A stretch of 64,000 bases of DNA from an uncultured Alphaproteobacteria bacterium (GTDB taxonomy: Bacteria > Pseudomonadota > Alphaproteobacteria > Rhizobiales > Methyloligellaceae). The stretch lies in the NCBI GenBank assembly GCA_963731875.1, contig CAVSXL010000005.1:176544-240543 (forward strand), given 5' to 3'. Under the pieces are notes generated by a model that saw only the letters and a list, made by a program, of their open reading frames with translations, was not told where the DNA came from and did no database searches. Within the stretch, counting starts at the first letter, position 1; each line of letters begins with the position of its first letter. This document shows, one piece after another, positions 54,584-64,000 of the stretch. A program made the translations under genes and the position numbers.

Positions 54584-57500
54584 ATGACAGAGCGGCTCCA
54601 ACCCTTCGTGCATCTGCGGATGCATTCGTCATATTCGCTACTCGAAGGGGCGCTCACCATTCCCCGGCTGGTGGCGCTCGCCACGGCCGACGAGGCGCCG
54701 GCGCTAGCGCTGACCGATTCCAACAATCTTTTCGGGGCGCTCGAATTCTCCGAAGCCATGGCCGGGGTTGGCATCCAGCCGATCATCGGCTGCACGCTGG
54801 CGCTCACTTTCACCGTCGAGGCCGAGCCCACACCAGCTGCCGATCTGCGCGGGCCTAAGCCCGACGGGCGGATCGCTCTGCTCGCCAAGGACGAGACCGG
54901 CTACGCCAATCTGATGCAACTCTCCACCAGCGCCTATTTCAGGGCCGCCGAGAGCGGCGATCCGCTCGTCACCGTTGCCGAACTCGCAGAGCATGCCGAT
55001 GGTCTGATCGCGCTTACCGGCGGACCCGAAGGGGTCATCGATCTCGCCTTCGCCGAGGACAATCCGGAACTCGCGCGCACCCGTCTCGAGACACTGCACG
55101 CGCTGTTCGGCGACAGGCTCTACGTAGAACTCCAGCGTCACGGCCTACCGCAGGAGAGGGCGGTCGAGTCCCAGCTGGTTCAGCTCGCCTATGACATGGA
55201 GCTTCCGCTCGTCGCCACCAACGAGCCCTTCTTCGCCGCGACAGACGACTTCGAGGCCCATGACGCGCTGATTTGCATCGCTCAAGGGAGCTATGTGGCG
55301 GTGGATGAGCGGCGGCGCTTGAGTCCGGAGCATTATTTCAAGACCGCCGAGGAGATGCGGGCGCTGTTCGCCGATCTTCCCGAGGCGCTGGCGAACACCG
55401 TCGAGATCGCGCAGCGCTGCGCCTATCGTCCCAAGCAGCGCGATCCGATCCTGCCGCCTTTCCTCACCGGCGGCGAGGCCACGAGCGCGCTCGCCGAGAC
55501 GGAAGCCGCTGAGCTCCGTCGGCAAGCCGAGGCGGGCCTCAAAGAGCGCATTGCCCAGCATGGCACGGCGCCGGGCGAGGACGCGGGGTCATACGCCAAG
55601 CGACTCGCCTTCGAGCTCGATGTCATCACCGGCATGAACTACCAGGGCTACTTTCTGATCGTTGCCGACTTCATCAAGTGGACCAAGGGACAGGGCATCC
55701 CCGTCGGGCCGGGCCGCGGCTCCGGCGCCGGCTCGCTGGTCGCCTACGCGCTCACCATCACCGATCTCGATCCCATCCGCTTCGGGCTGCTCTTCGAGCG
55801 CTTCTTGAATCCCGAGCGCGTGTCCATGCCCGACTTCGACATCGATTTCTGCCAGGATCGGCGCGACGAGGTGATCGCCTATGTGCGCGAGCGCTACGGT
55901 GCCGATCGCGTGGCCCACATCATCACCTTCGGTAAGCTGCAGGCGCGCGCGGTGCTGCGCGACGTGGGCCGGGTGCTGCAGATGCCCTACGGCCAGGTGG
56001 ATCGCCTGTGCAAGCTCGTGCCCATGAACCCGGCGAACCCCGTAACCCTGCCACAGGCCATCGCCGGCGAGCCACGCCTGCAAGAGGAGCGTGACAAGGA
56101 GCCTGTCGTCGCCAAGCTGCTCGACATCGGCCAGCGGCTCGAAGGTCTCTACCGGCACGCCTCGACCCACGCCGCCGGCGTCGTCATCGCCGACCGGCCG
56201 CTGATCGACCTGGTGCCCCTCTACCGAGACGCCCGCGCCCAACTCCCCGCCACTCAGTTCAACATGAAATGGGCGGAAGCCGCAGGGCTAGTGAAGTTCG
56301 ACTTCCTCGGTCTCAAGACCCTGACCGTCATCGATACCGCGCGGCAACTGATCCGCCGCGACGGGCCCGACATCGATCCCGCCAAGATCCCCCTCGATGA
56401 CGCGGCGTCCTATGAGCTGATGCAGCGCGGCGACACCGTCGGCGTGTTCCAGCTCGAAGGTCAGGGCATGCGCGATGCGCTGCGCAAGCTGAAGCCCGAC
56501 CGCTTCGAGGACATCATCGCCATCGTGGCGCTCTACCGGCCCGGGCCGATGGACAACATCGACACCTATGTGAACCGCAAGCACGGGCGCGAGGAGATCG
56601 AGACCCTTCATCCTTCGATCGAGCCAATCCTGGCTGAGACCTACGGCGTCATCATCTATCAAGAGCAGGTGATGCAGATCGCACAGGTTCTGTCCGGCTA
56701 CTCTCTCGGCGAGGCCGATCTGCTGCGCCGCGCCATGGGCAAGAAGATCAAGAAGGAGATGGATGCGCAGCGAAAGCGCTTCGTCGACGGTGCCGTCCAG
56801 AACGGCGTGAACAAGGGGCGCGCCGAATATATCTTCGAGCTGGTCGCGAAGTTCGCCGGTTATGGCTTCAACAAATCGCACGCCGCTGCCTACGCGCTCA
56901 TCGCCTACCAGACCGCCTATCTCAAGGCGAATTACCCGGCCGAGTTCGTCGCGGCCTCCATGACCCTCGACATGGGCAACGCCGACAAACTCAATAGCTT
57001 CGCGCAAGAGGCAGTGCGCCTCGGCATTCCGCTGGAGCCGCCATCGCTCAATCGCTCGGAAGTCGGCTTCATCCCGAATGAAGGCGCCATCCGTTATTCC
57101 CTGGCGGCGCTCAAGAATGTCGGGCGGCAGGCGGTCGATCATATTTGCGCCGAGCGGGAGGAGAGGGGTCCCTTCCGGGACGTCTCCGACTTCGCCCGCC
57201 GCATCAATCCGCGCCTCCTCAACAAGCGCGCGCTCGAGATGCTGGCGGCCGCGGGCGCCTTCGACGAGCTGGGCGTCGACCGGGCCACGGCGCACGCCAA
57301 TGTCGATCTGATGGTCGCCGCCGGAAACCGCGCCCAGGAGACGGCCGCCGAGGGGCAGGAGGATTTGTTTTCCGGCGCCCGTCACGCCCCGCCGCCCGTC
57401 GAGCTGCGCGTGACAAAGCCCTGGTCGTTCACCGACAAGCTCTCGAAGGAATTCGAGGCCGTCGGCTTTTTCCTTACCGGCCATCCGCTCGACGACTACA

Positions 57501-58051
57501 AGGAAGCCTTGGCAAGCCTCGGCGCCGAGACTTGGGCCGAGTTCGCCGCCAAGGCGCAAACGCGCCGGGTGGTTGGCACCCTTGCCGGCACGGTCCTGTC
57601 CGCCCGCGAGCGCAAGGGCAAGACCGGCAACCCGTATGCGTTCGTCGCCTTCTCTGATTCCACCGGCCAGTTCGAGGCGGTGGTGTTCTCCGAGGCGCTT
57701 CTGGCCTCGCGGCCCTTGCTGGAGCCTGGGAAAGCCGTGCTCCTCGAGGTGGAAGCGGAGGCCGACGGCGAGACCGTACGGGTCCGGGTGCAGCGGATCT
57801 CCTCCCTGGACAAGGCCGCCGAGGCGCGCCACGCCGGCATGAAGGTCTATGTGGAGGACCCGAGGGCGCTGGCGCCGCTGGCCGAACAGTTGGGGGCCAT
57901 GAGCGGCGAGGGACAGTTCCGCCTCGTCCTGCGTCTGGACGAGCTCTCCAAAGAGGTGGAATTCGAGTTGCCGCAAGGGATTGACTCCACGCCGCGGCAG
58001 CGCAGCGAACTGAAGCTGGTCGAGGGCGTGGGCTCCATCAGCGCGCTCTGA
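54584..58051 (+). CDS. dnaE: DNA polymerase III subunit alpha (replicative DnaE1 type)
   Basis: PHP HLRMHSSYS, GPGRGSGAGS, ERVSMPDFDIDF, KFDFLGL, GFNKSHAAAY, C-terminal OB fold. Confidence 0.98.
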   Translation: MTERLQPFVHLRMHSSYSLLEGALTIPRLVALATADEAPALALTDSNNLFGALEFSEAMAGVGIQPIIGCTLALTFTVEAEPTPAADLRGPKPDGRIALLAKDETGYANLMQLSTSAYFRAAESGDPLVTVAELAEHADGLIALTGGPEGVIDLAFAEDNPELARTRLETLHALFGDRLYVELQRHGLPQERAVESQLVQLAYDMELPLVATNEPFFAATDDFEAHDALICIAQGSYVAVDERRRLSPEHYFKTAEEMRALFADLPEALANTVEIAQRCAYRPKQRDPILPPFLTGGEATSALAETEAAELRRQAEAGLKERIAQHGTAPGEDAGSYAKRLAFELDVITGMNYQGYFLIVADFIKWTKGQGIPVGPGRGSGAGSLVAYALTITDLDPIRFGLLFERFLNPERVSMPDFDIDFCQDRRDEVIAYVRERYGADRVAHIITFGKLQARAVLRDVGRVLQMPYGQVDRLCKLVPMNPANPVTLPQAIAGEPRLQEERDKEPVVAKLLDIGQRLEGLYRHASTHAAGVVIADRPLIDLVPLYRDARAQLPATQFNMKWAEAAGLVKFDFLGLKTLTVIDTARQLIRRDGPDIDPAKIPLDDAASYELMQRGDTVGVFQLEGQGMRDALRKLKPDRFEDIIAIVALYRPGPMDNIDTYVNRKHGREEIETLHPSIEPILAETYGVIIYQEQVMQIAQVLSGYSLGEADLLRRAMGKKIKKEMDAQRKRFVDGAVQNGVNKGRAEYIFELVAKFAGYGFNKSHAAAYALIAYQTAYLKANYPAEFVAASMTLDMGNADKLNSFAQEAVRLGIPLEPPSLNRSEVGFIPNEGAIRYSLAALKNVGRQAVDHICAEREERGPFRDVSDFARRINPRLLNKRALEMLAAAGAFDELGVDRATAHANVDLMVAAGNRAQETAAEGQEDLFSGARHAPPPVELRVTKPWSFTDKLSKEFEAVGFFLTGHPLDDYKEALASLGAETWAEFAAKAQTRRVVGTLAGTVLSARERKGKTGNPYAFVAFSDSTGQFEAVVFSEALLASRPLLEPGKAVLLEVEAEADGETVRVRVQRISSLDKAAEARHAGMKVYVEDPRALAPLAEQLGAMSGEGQFRLVLRLDELSKEVEFELPQGIDSTPRQRSELKLVEGVGSISAL

Positions 58052-58092
58052 GAAGCCTGGCGGAAATAGCGCTTTTTCGGCGTTTTCCGCCC

Positions 58093-58121
58093 TTGCCAAG
58101 GGGCGGTCCCACCCCTATAAC
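58093..58121 (+). promoter_or_regulatory. sigma70 promoter of rpsB-tsf
   Basis: TTGCCA-N17-TATAAC. Confidence 0.65.
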
Positions 58122-58127
58122 CCGCTC

Positions 58128-58251
58128 CATCTCACACGCGGGACGCTAAGCGTCACACAACCCTTTTAGGCTGTGCGCTCGCTCCGGTGATTGGCCCCGG
58201 CCAGTCTCTTGTCCCGCGGCGGCAAAACCGGAAAAAGGAGTTAGCAGTCCA
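58128..58251 (+). ncRNA. rpsB 5' leader (t44-like, S2 autoregulatory element)
   Basis: About 125-nt leader with CACACGCG and CCGGTG elements and stem-loops before the AAGGAG SD. Confidence 0.55.
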
Positions 58252-59133
58252 ATGGCACTGCCCGATATCACTATGCGCCAGCTGCTTGAGGCTGGTGTTC
58301 ACTTTGGTCACCAGACCCATCGCTGGAACCCGAAGATGGCGCCCTATATCTATGGGTCCCGCAACAACATCCACATCATCGATCTGACTCAGACGGTGCC
58401 GCTTCTGCATCAAGCGCTGGTCGCCGTTTCCGACGTCGTGGCCAAAGGCGGCCGCGTGTTGTTCGTCGGCACCAAGCGCCAGGCAGCCGAGCCGATCGCC
58501 GAGGCGGCCCGCTCGTCAGCGCAGTATTTCATCAATCACCGCTGGCTCGGTGGCACGCTGACCAACTGGCGGACCATCTCCCACTCCATCAAGCGCCTCA
58601 AGTCGCTGGAGGAGCTGTTCGAGGGCGATCATCGCGGCCTCACCAAGAAAGAGCTGCTGCAGCTCACGCGCGAGAAGGACAAGCTCGAGCGCTCCCTCGG
58701 CGGCATCAAGGATATGGGCGCACCCCCGGATCTGATGTTCGTGATCGACACCAACAAAGAGTCGATCGCCATCGCGGAGGCCCGCAAGCTCAACATGCCG
58801 GTCGTAGCCGTGGTCGACTCCAACTGCGATCCGGACGGCATCAGCCATCCTATCCCGGGCAATGACGATGCCGGACGCGCCATCACCTTCTATTGCGATC
58901 TCATCGCGCGTGCCGCGATCGACGGCATCGAGCGGGCGCAAGGCGGTGGCGGTGTCGATCTCGGTGCCGCCGCCGAGCCGATGATGGAGCCTGGTCTCGA
59001 AGCCGATGCCGCTTCGGAACCGGCTCAGGCCGAGCCTGCGGCGGAGAAAAAGTCCGCCAAGGCCAAGAAGACTCCGAAGACGCCAGAGGCCGAAGCTGAG
59101 ACGCCGGCCCCTGCGGCGAAGGAAAACGCATAG
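58252..59133 (+). CDS. rpsB: 30S ribosomal protein S2 with low-complexity C-terminal tail
   Basis: [33 protein letters not shown]. Confidence 0.99.
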   Translation: MALPDITMRQLLEAGVHFGHQTHRWNPKMAPYIYGSRNNIHIIDLTQTVPLLHQALVAVSDVVAKGGRVLFVGTKRQAAEPIAEAARSSAQYFINHRWLGGTLTNWRTISHSIKRLKSLEELFEGDHRGLTKKELLQLTREKDKLERSLGGIKDMGAPPDLMFVIDTNKESIAIAEARKLNMPVVAVVDSNCDPDGISHPIPGNDDAGRAITFYCDLIARAAIDGIERAQGGGGVDLGAAAEPMMEPGLEADAASEPAQAEPAAEKKSAKAKKTPKTPEAEAETPAPAAKENA

Positions 59134-59177
59134 CGAGACGTCTCGTTCGAGTATCGAGACGCAACGAAGAGGAACGC

Positions 59178-60107
59178 ATGGCGACGATAACCGCAACCAC
59201 GGTCAAAGAGCTGCGCGATAAGACCGGCGCGGGCATGATGGATTGCAAGGCTGCGCTCAACGAGACCGCCGGTGACATGGAAGCTGCGGTCGACTGGCTC
59301 CGGGCGAAAGGCCTCTCCAAGGCTGCCAAGAAGGCCGGCCGCATCGCGGCCGAAGGCCTCATCGGCCTTGCTGCCGAAGGCAACGAGGCGGCCCTGGTCG
59401 AGGTCAACTCCGAGACCGACTTCGTCGCCCGCAATCCCGCCTTCCAGGAGATGGTCGCGACGGTTGCCGGCGCGGCGCTCGGTGCGAAAGGCAATGTGGA
59501 GACCCTTGGGGCCGCGTCTTACGGCAAAACCAAGGCCTCCGTCGCCGACACGCTGAAAGAGATGGTCGGCTCCATCGGCGAGAACATGACGCTCCGCCGC
59601 ACCGCGCATCTCGCCGCCGACAAGGGCGTGATTGCCAGCTACATCCACAACCAGGCAGCGCCTGGGCTCGGCAAGATCGGGGTGATCGTCGCCATCGAGT
59701 CCACGGGCGATGCTGAGACGCTCCAGACTTTCGGCAAGCAGGTGGCCATGCACATCGCTGCGGCGAACCCGCAGGCCGTCGACACCGACAGTCTCGACAA
59801 GGACTTCGTCGAGCGGGAACGCGCAGTGCTGACCGAGCAGGCGAAAGAGTCAGGCAAGCCCGCCGAGGTCATCGACAAGATGGTGGAGGGACGCCTGCGG
59901 AAGTTCTATGAGGAAGTCGTGCTGCTTCAGCAGCCTTTCGTTCATGACCCCGACACGACCGTGGCCAAGGCACTTGAGGCCGCGTCCAAGGACGCCGGCG
60001 CGCCCATCAAGATTACCGGTTTCTACCGGTTTGCCTTGGGCGAAGGGATCGAACGCGGCGAGAGCGACTTCGCAGCCGAAGTTGCCGCCGCCGCATCGGG
60101 CTCCTAA
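59178..60107 (+). CDS. tsf: Elongation factor Ts
   Basis: [32 protein letters not shown]. Confidence 0.99.
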   Translation: MATITATTVKELRDKTGAGMMDCKAALNETAGDMEAAVDWLRAKGLSKAAKKAGRIAAEGLIGLAAEGNEAALVEVNSETDFVARNPAFQEMVATVAGAALGAKGNVETLGAASYGKTKASVADTLKEMVGSIGENMTLRRTAHLAADKGVIASYIHNQAAPGLGKIGVIVAIESTGDAETLQTFGKQVAMHIAAANPQAVDTDSLDKDFVERERAVLTEQAKESGKPAEVIDKMVEGRLRKFYEEVVLLQQPFVHDPDTTVAKALEAASKDAGAPIKITGFYRFALGEGIERGESDFAAEVAAAASGS

Positions 60108-60185
60108 GGTCTTGGCGCGGCGAATCGATGGATCGGTCGCCGCATTTGGGCTCAGGGCTCCCCGCCGCCACCGGAGTTTGAGCTG

Positions 60186-60932
60186 ATGGCCAAGTCTCCC
60201 GCGACCGCCAAGCCGCGCTACCAGCGCGTCCTCGTCAAACTCTCAGGCGAGGCGTTGGCGGGCGCCAAGGGCTACGGTATCGACCTCAGCGTCATCGACC
60301 CGATCGCCCAGGACATCGCCAAAGCCGCGGCCATGGGGGTGCAGATTTGCCTCGTGGTCGGCGGCGGCAATATCTACCGAGGCCTCATGGCGGCCGAAGG
60401 CGGCATGGACCGCGCCCGCGCCGATTATATGGGAATGCTGGCCACGGTGATGAACGCGCTGGCGCTGCAGACCGCCATCGAGCGGGCAGGGCCCACGGCG
60501 CGCGTGCTGTCGGCCATCCCCATGCCGACCGTGTGCGAGCCCTATATCCGCGACAAGGCGCTCGATCATTTGGCCAAGGGCCGGGTGGTGATTTTCGCCG
60601 GCGGCACCGGAAACCCGTTCTTCACGACAGACACGGCGGCCGCGCTCCGCGCCGCCGAGATGGACTGCCAGGCCTTGTTCAAGGCCACTCAGGTGGACGG
60701 CGTCTACAGCGCCGATCCGGTCAAGAACCCGGACGCGAAGCGCTACGAACGCCTGAGTTATGGGGATGTGCTAAAGCAAGACCTGAAGATCATGGACGGC
60801 GCCGCGATCGCCCTTGCCCGGGACAGCCGGATTCCCATAATCGTGTTCTCCATCAAGGGCCAAACCGGTTTGGCTCTTGAGTTGCAAGGGAAGGGTTCCT
60901 CGACCACCATAGACGGCGGAGAGGAAACGTGA
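60186..60932 (+). CDS. pyrH: Uridylate kinase
   Basis: [38 protein letters not shown]. Confidence 0.99.
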   Translation: MAKSPATAKPRYQRVLVKLSGEALAGAKGYGIDLSVIDPIAQDIAKAAAMGVQICLVVGGGNIYRGLMAAEGGMDRARADYMGMLATVMNALALQTAIERAGPTARVLSAIPMPTVCEPYIRDKALDHLAKGRVVIFAGGTGNPFFTTDTAAALRAAEMDCQALFKATQVDGVYSADPVKNPDAKRYERLSYGDVLKQDLKIMDGAAIALARDSRIPIIVFSIKGQTGLALELQGKGSSTTIDGGEET

Positions 60933-61022
60933 GGAGCCTGTCGGTTCTGGGAAACGCCCAACAGAGCTTTGCCGAGCCGGGCTTGATCGAAAGCACGGCG
61001 AAAGGCATGCGGGGAAGGCAGA

Positions 61023-61580
61023 ATGTCTAGTTTTGACTTAAGCGAGATCGAACGACGCATGCGTGGCGGCCTTGCCGCGCTGAAGCACGAGTTCAGCGGC
61101 TTGCGGACCGGCCGTGCCAGCGCCAGCCTGCTCGATCCGATCATGGTGATGGCTTACGGCAACCCCATGCCGCTCAATCAAGTTGCCACCGTCAATGTAC
61201 CGGAGCCGCGACTGATCACGGTGCAGGTATGGGACAAGAGCCAGGTGAACGCCGTCGACAAGGCGATCCGGGAGTCCGATCTCGGCCTCAACCCCGTGAT
61301 GGAAGGTCAACTCTTGCGCCTGCCAATTCCGGAGCTGAACGAGGAGCGGCGGCAAGAGCTCGCTAAGGTCGCGCATAAATATGCCGAGCAGGCCCGCGTC
61401 GCCGTGCGCAATGTGCGCCGCGACGGCATGGAGCATTTGAAGCGCGCCGAGAAGGATGGTGACATGGGTAAGGACGAACACCATTCGCTGGCAACCAAGG
61501 TCCAGGACCTGACCGACAAGATCATCAAGGAGGTTGACGAGGCCCTTGCCACCAAGGAAGCCGAGATCATGCAGGTTTGA
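61023..61580 (+). CDS. frr: Ribosome recycling factor
   Basis: RTGRAS, ITVQVWD, LNEERR, VRNVRRD. Confidence 0.99.
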   Translation: MSSFDLSEIERRMRGGLAALKHEFSGLRTGRASASLLDPIMVMAYGNPMPLNQVATVNVPEPRLITVQVWDKSQVNAVDKAIRESDLGLNPVMEGQLLRLPIPELNEERRQELAKVAHKYAEQARVAVRNVRRDGMEHLKRAEKDGDMGKDEHHSLATKVQDLTDKIIKEVDEALATKEAEIMQV

Positions 61581-61633
61581 TCGGGCAGCCTTATTGGACG
61601 CGTTCCTTAGCTTTGAATTCGGAGATGCCGACC

Positions 61634-62385
<752 letters not shown>

Positions 62386-62389
<4 letters not shown>

Positions 62390-63249
62390 CGCCAAACGCA
62401 GCGCCCCCGGGAAACGAGCAGAACACAGCAGAGGTCCGCCAGATACCGGAGCTCATGGTCCGTCTGGCTTCCGCCGTCGTCCTTGCAGGGATCGCGCTTG
62501 GCGCCGTCATAGCCAGCCCTTGGAGCTTTCTTGCGCTCGTCGTCGTTGCCGGCGGGCTGCTCGCCTGGGAGTGGGGCTCGCTCACCCGCGGCACCGGCTT
62601 CGACGGAACCGCTCTGATCGAGGCCGTCTGCGTGACCGCCGTTGCGGTCCTTGTCGCCCTCGGCCGCCCCGACCTCGCGTTCCTGATCCTCGGTGGCACC
62701 GCCGCGACCATTGGCTTCGGGAACGTCTCCAAGAGCCGTGCCGCCTGGGCGCTGGCGGGTCTTGCCTATATCGCCTTTCCTGCCGCGGCATTGATGTGGT
62801 TGCGCAGCGACCCGACGCTCGGCCTCACCGCCATACTCTTCGTGCTGGCGGTCGCCTGGACCACGGACACAGCCTCCTATGTGGGTGGGCGCTTGCTCGG
62901 CGGCCCGAAACTGTCGCCCCGCATCTCTCCCAAAAAGACCTGGAGCGGCTTTATTGTCGGCACGCTCACGCCGGCCCTGGTCGGCTACGGATTTGCGGTC
63001 TATCTGGGAAACACCTCCGCTCTGCTCTTGGCCCTTGTCAGCATCGGCCTTGCGTTAGCGTGCCAGATCGGGGACTTGCTTGAGAGCGCGGTCAAGCGCC
63101 ACTTTGGAGCCAAGGACATGAGCCAACTCATTCCAGGCCATGGCGGTTTGTTCGACCGTATCGATAGTCTCTTGCTGGCCTCGGTCGTCGCCGGCCTCAT
63201 CGCGTTACGCGACCTGCCGGCGCCCGGCGCCGGCCTTCTCATCTGGTAG
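62386..63249 (+). CDS. cdsA: Phosphatidate cytidylyltransferase
   Basis: [40 protein letters not shown]. Confidence 0.97.
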
Positions 63250-63281
63250 AGGCGTTCCAACTGTCTGCTTCAGTCACATCC

Positions 63282-64000
63282 ATGCAAACCAAGCCGCCCG
63301 CCACGGCCACCCAGCCGCGGCGGATCACGGTCCTCGGCGCAACCGGTTCTATCGGCGAGAGCACGCTCGATCTCGTCGGCCGTGATCCGCAAAGCTACGA
63401 GGTAGTTGCTCTTACGGGCTGCCGGAATGTGACTCGGCTTGCAGAGATGGCGATTCAGCACCGCGCCGAAATCGCGGTGATCGCAGACGAGAGCTGCTAC
63501 GCCGACCTGAAATCCGCGCTTGCCGGTACCGGTATCGAGACCGCGGCCGGCGAGGGCGCTCTGCTCGAAGCGGCAAGCCGACCGGCCGATTGGGTGATGG
63601 CGGCAATCGTCGGCGCCGCCGGCCTCAAGCCGACGCTATGTGCCGTGCGCCAAGGCACGTCGACGGCACTCGCCAACAAGGAGTGCCTCGTCTCCGCCGG
63701 CGCCATCTTCATGGCCGAGGTGGCAAGGCACGGCACAACACTGCTGCCGGTGGATTCCGAGCACTCGGCGGCGCTCCAGGCTATGACCGGCACCGCACCG
63801 GAGCGTATTGAGCGCGTGTGTCTGACCGCGTCGGGTGGCCCTTTCCGCACGTGGACGTACCAACAGATGGCGGATGCCGAACCCGAGCAGGCGCTCAATC
63901 ACCCGAACTGGTCCATGGGGCCGAAGGTCACGATCGATTCCGCCTCGCTCATGAACAAGGGGATGGAGTTGCTCGAGGCTCATCATCTCTTCGCGCTCGG
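63282..64000 (+). CDS. dxr: 1-deoxy-D-xylulose-5-phosphate reductoisomerase (5' part, runs off the window)
   Basis: Translated by hand: TVLGATGSIG, AIVGAAGL, LANKE, PVDSEHSA, LTASGGPF, HPNWSMGPKVTIDSASLMNKG. Confidence 0.97.
   Translation, partial: MQTKPPATATQPRRITVLGATGSIGESTLDLVGRDPQSYEVVALTGCRNVTRLAEMAIQHRAEIAVIADESCYADLKSALAGTGIETAAGEGALLEAASRPADWVMAAIVGAAGLKPTLCAVRQGTSTALANKECLVSAGAIFMAEVARHGTTLLPVDSEHSAALQAMTGTAPERIERVCLTASGGPFRTWTYQQMADAEPEQALNHPNWSMGPKVTIDSASLMNKGMELLEAHHLFAL

Noticed and set aside
56288-58099. 603-aa minus-strand ORF antisense to dnaE (and similar long ORFs opposite recJ, tig, phaC, rnj, nuo)
   Set aside because: Explained by GC3 codon bias of the sense gene suppressing antisense stops

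Overview
GC-rich core-genome segment of an alphaproteobacterium (Hyphomicrobiales; a Methyloceanibacter/Hyphomicrobiaceae-like lineage is inferred from gene order and protein style, not verified). In order: DUF2842, ctaA, metY, CoA-binding protein, crotonase, rplM-rpsI, argC, phaC, a small lipoprotein, alaC-hom-glpX-recJ, tRNA-Glu, gloA, a two-domain cold-shock protein, DUF192, tRNA-Pro, an NDUFS4-like complex I subunit, tRNA-Arg, a small accessory block (SMP-30-like protein, Na/Ca antiporter, SDR), cysK-sseA-metC, tRNA-Leu-tig-clpP-clpX-lon-hupB, tRNA-Val, a Sel1 protein, tRNA-Asp, the full nuoA-N operon, birA (frameshifted), rnj, mce, DUF1467, a probable ar9-type sRNA, proS-lolE-lolD, dnaE, rpsB-tsf-pyrH-frr-uppS-cdsA-dxr (partial). 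I saw no CRISPR array, rRNA, transposase, integrase or prophage, and no clearly new multi-gene system. The most interesting signals are small deviations inside housekeeping loci. (1) Two extra genes are translationally coupled into the complex I operon: a close FlK fluoroacetyl-CoA thioesterase homologue and an unknown membrane-anchored protein; a third junction holds an AT-richer micro-ORF. (2) Trigger factor carries a 29-residue tail with 16 His. (3) GlpX has Ala in place of the catalytic Thr of DPxEGT. (4) birA has a single-base insertion. (5) The dnaE promoter contains a LexA box and is followed by a CGTC-type REP dimer in the leader. (6) Several genes, including the nuo operon, start directly behind tRNA genes with no terminator between.
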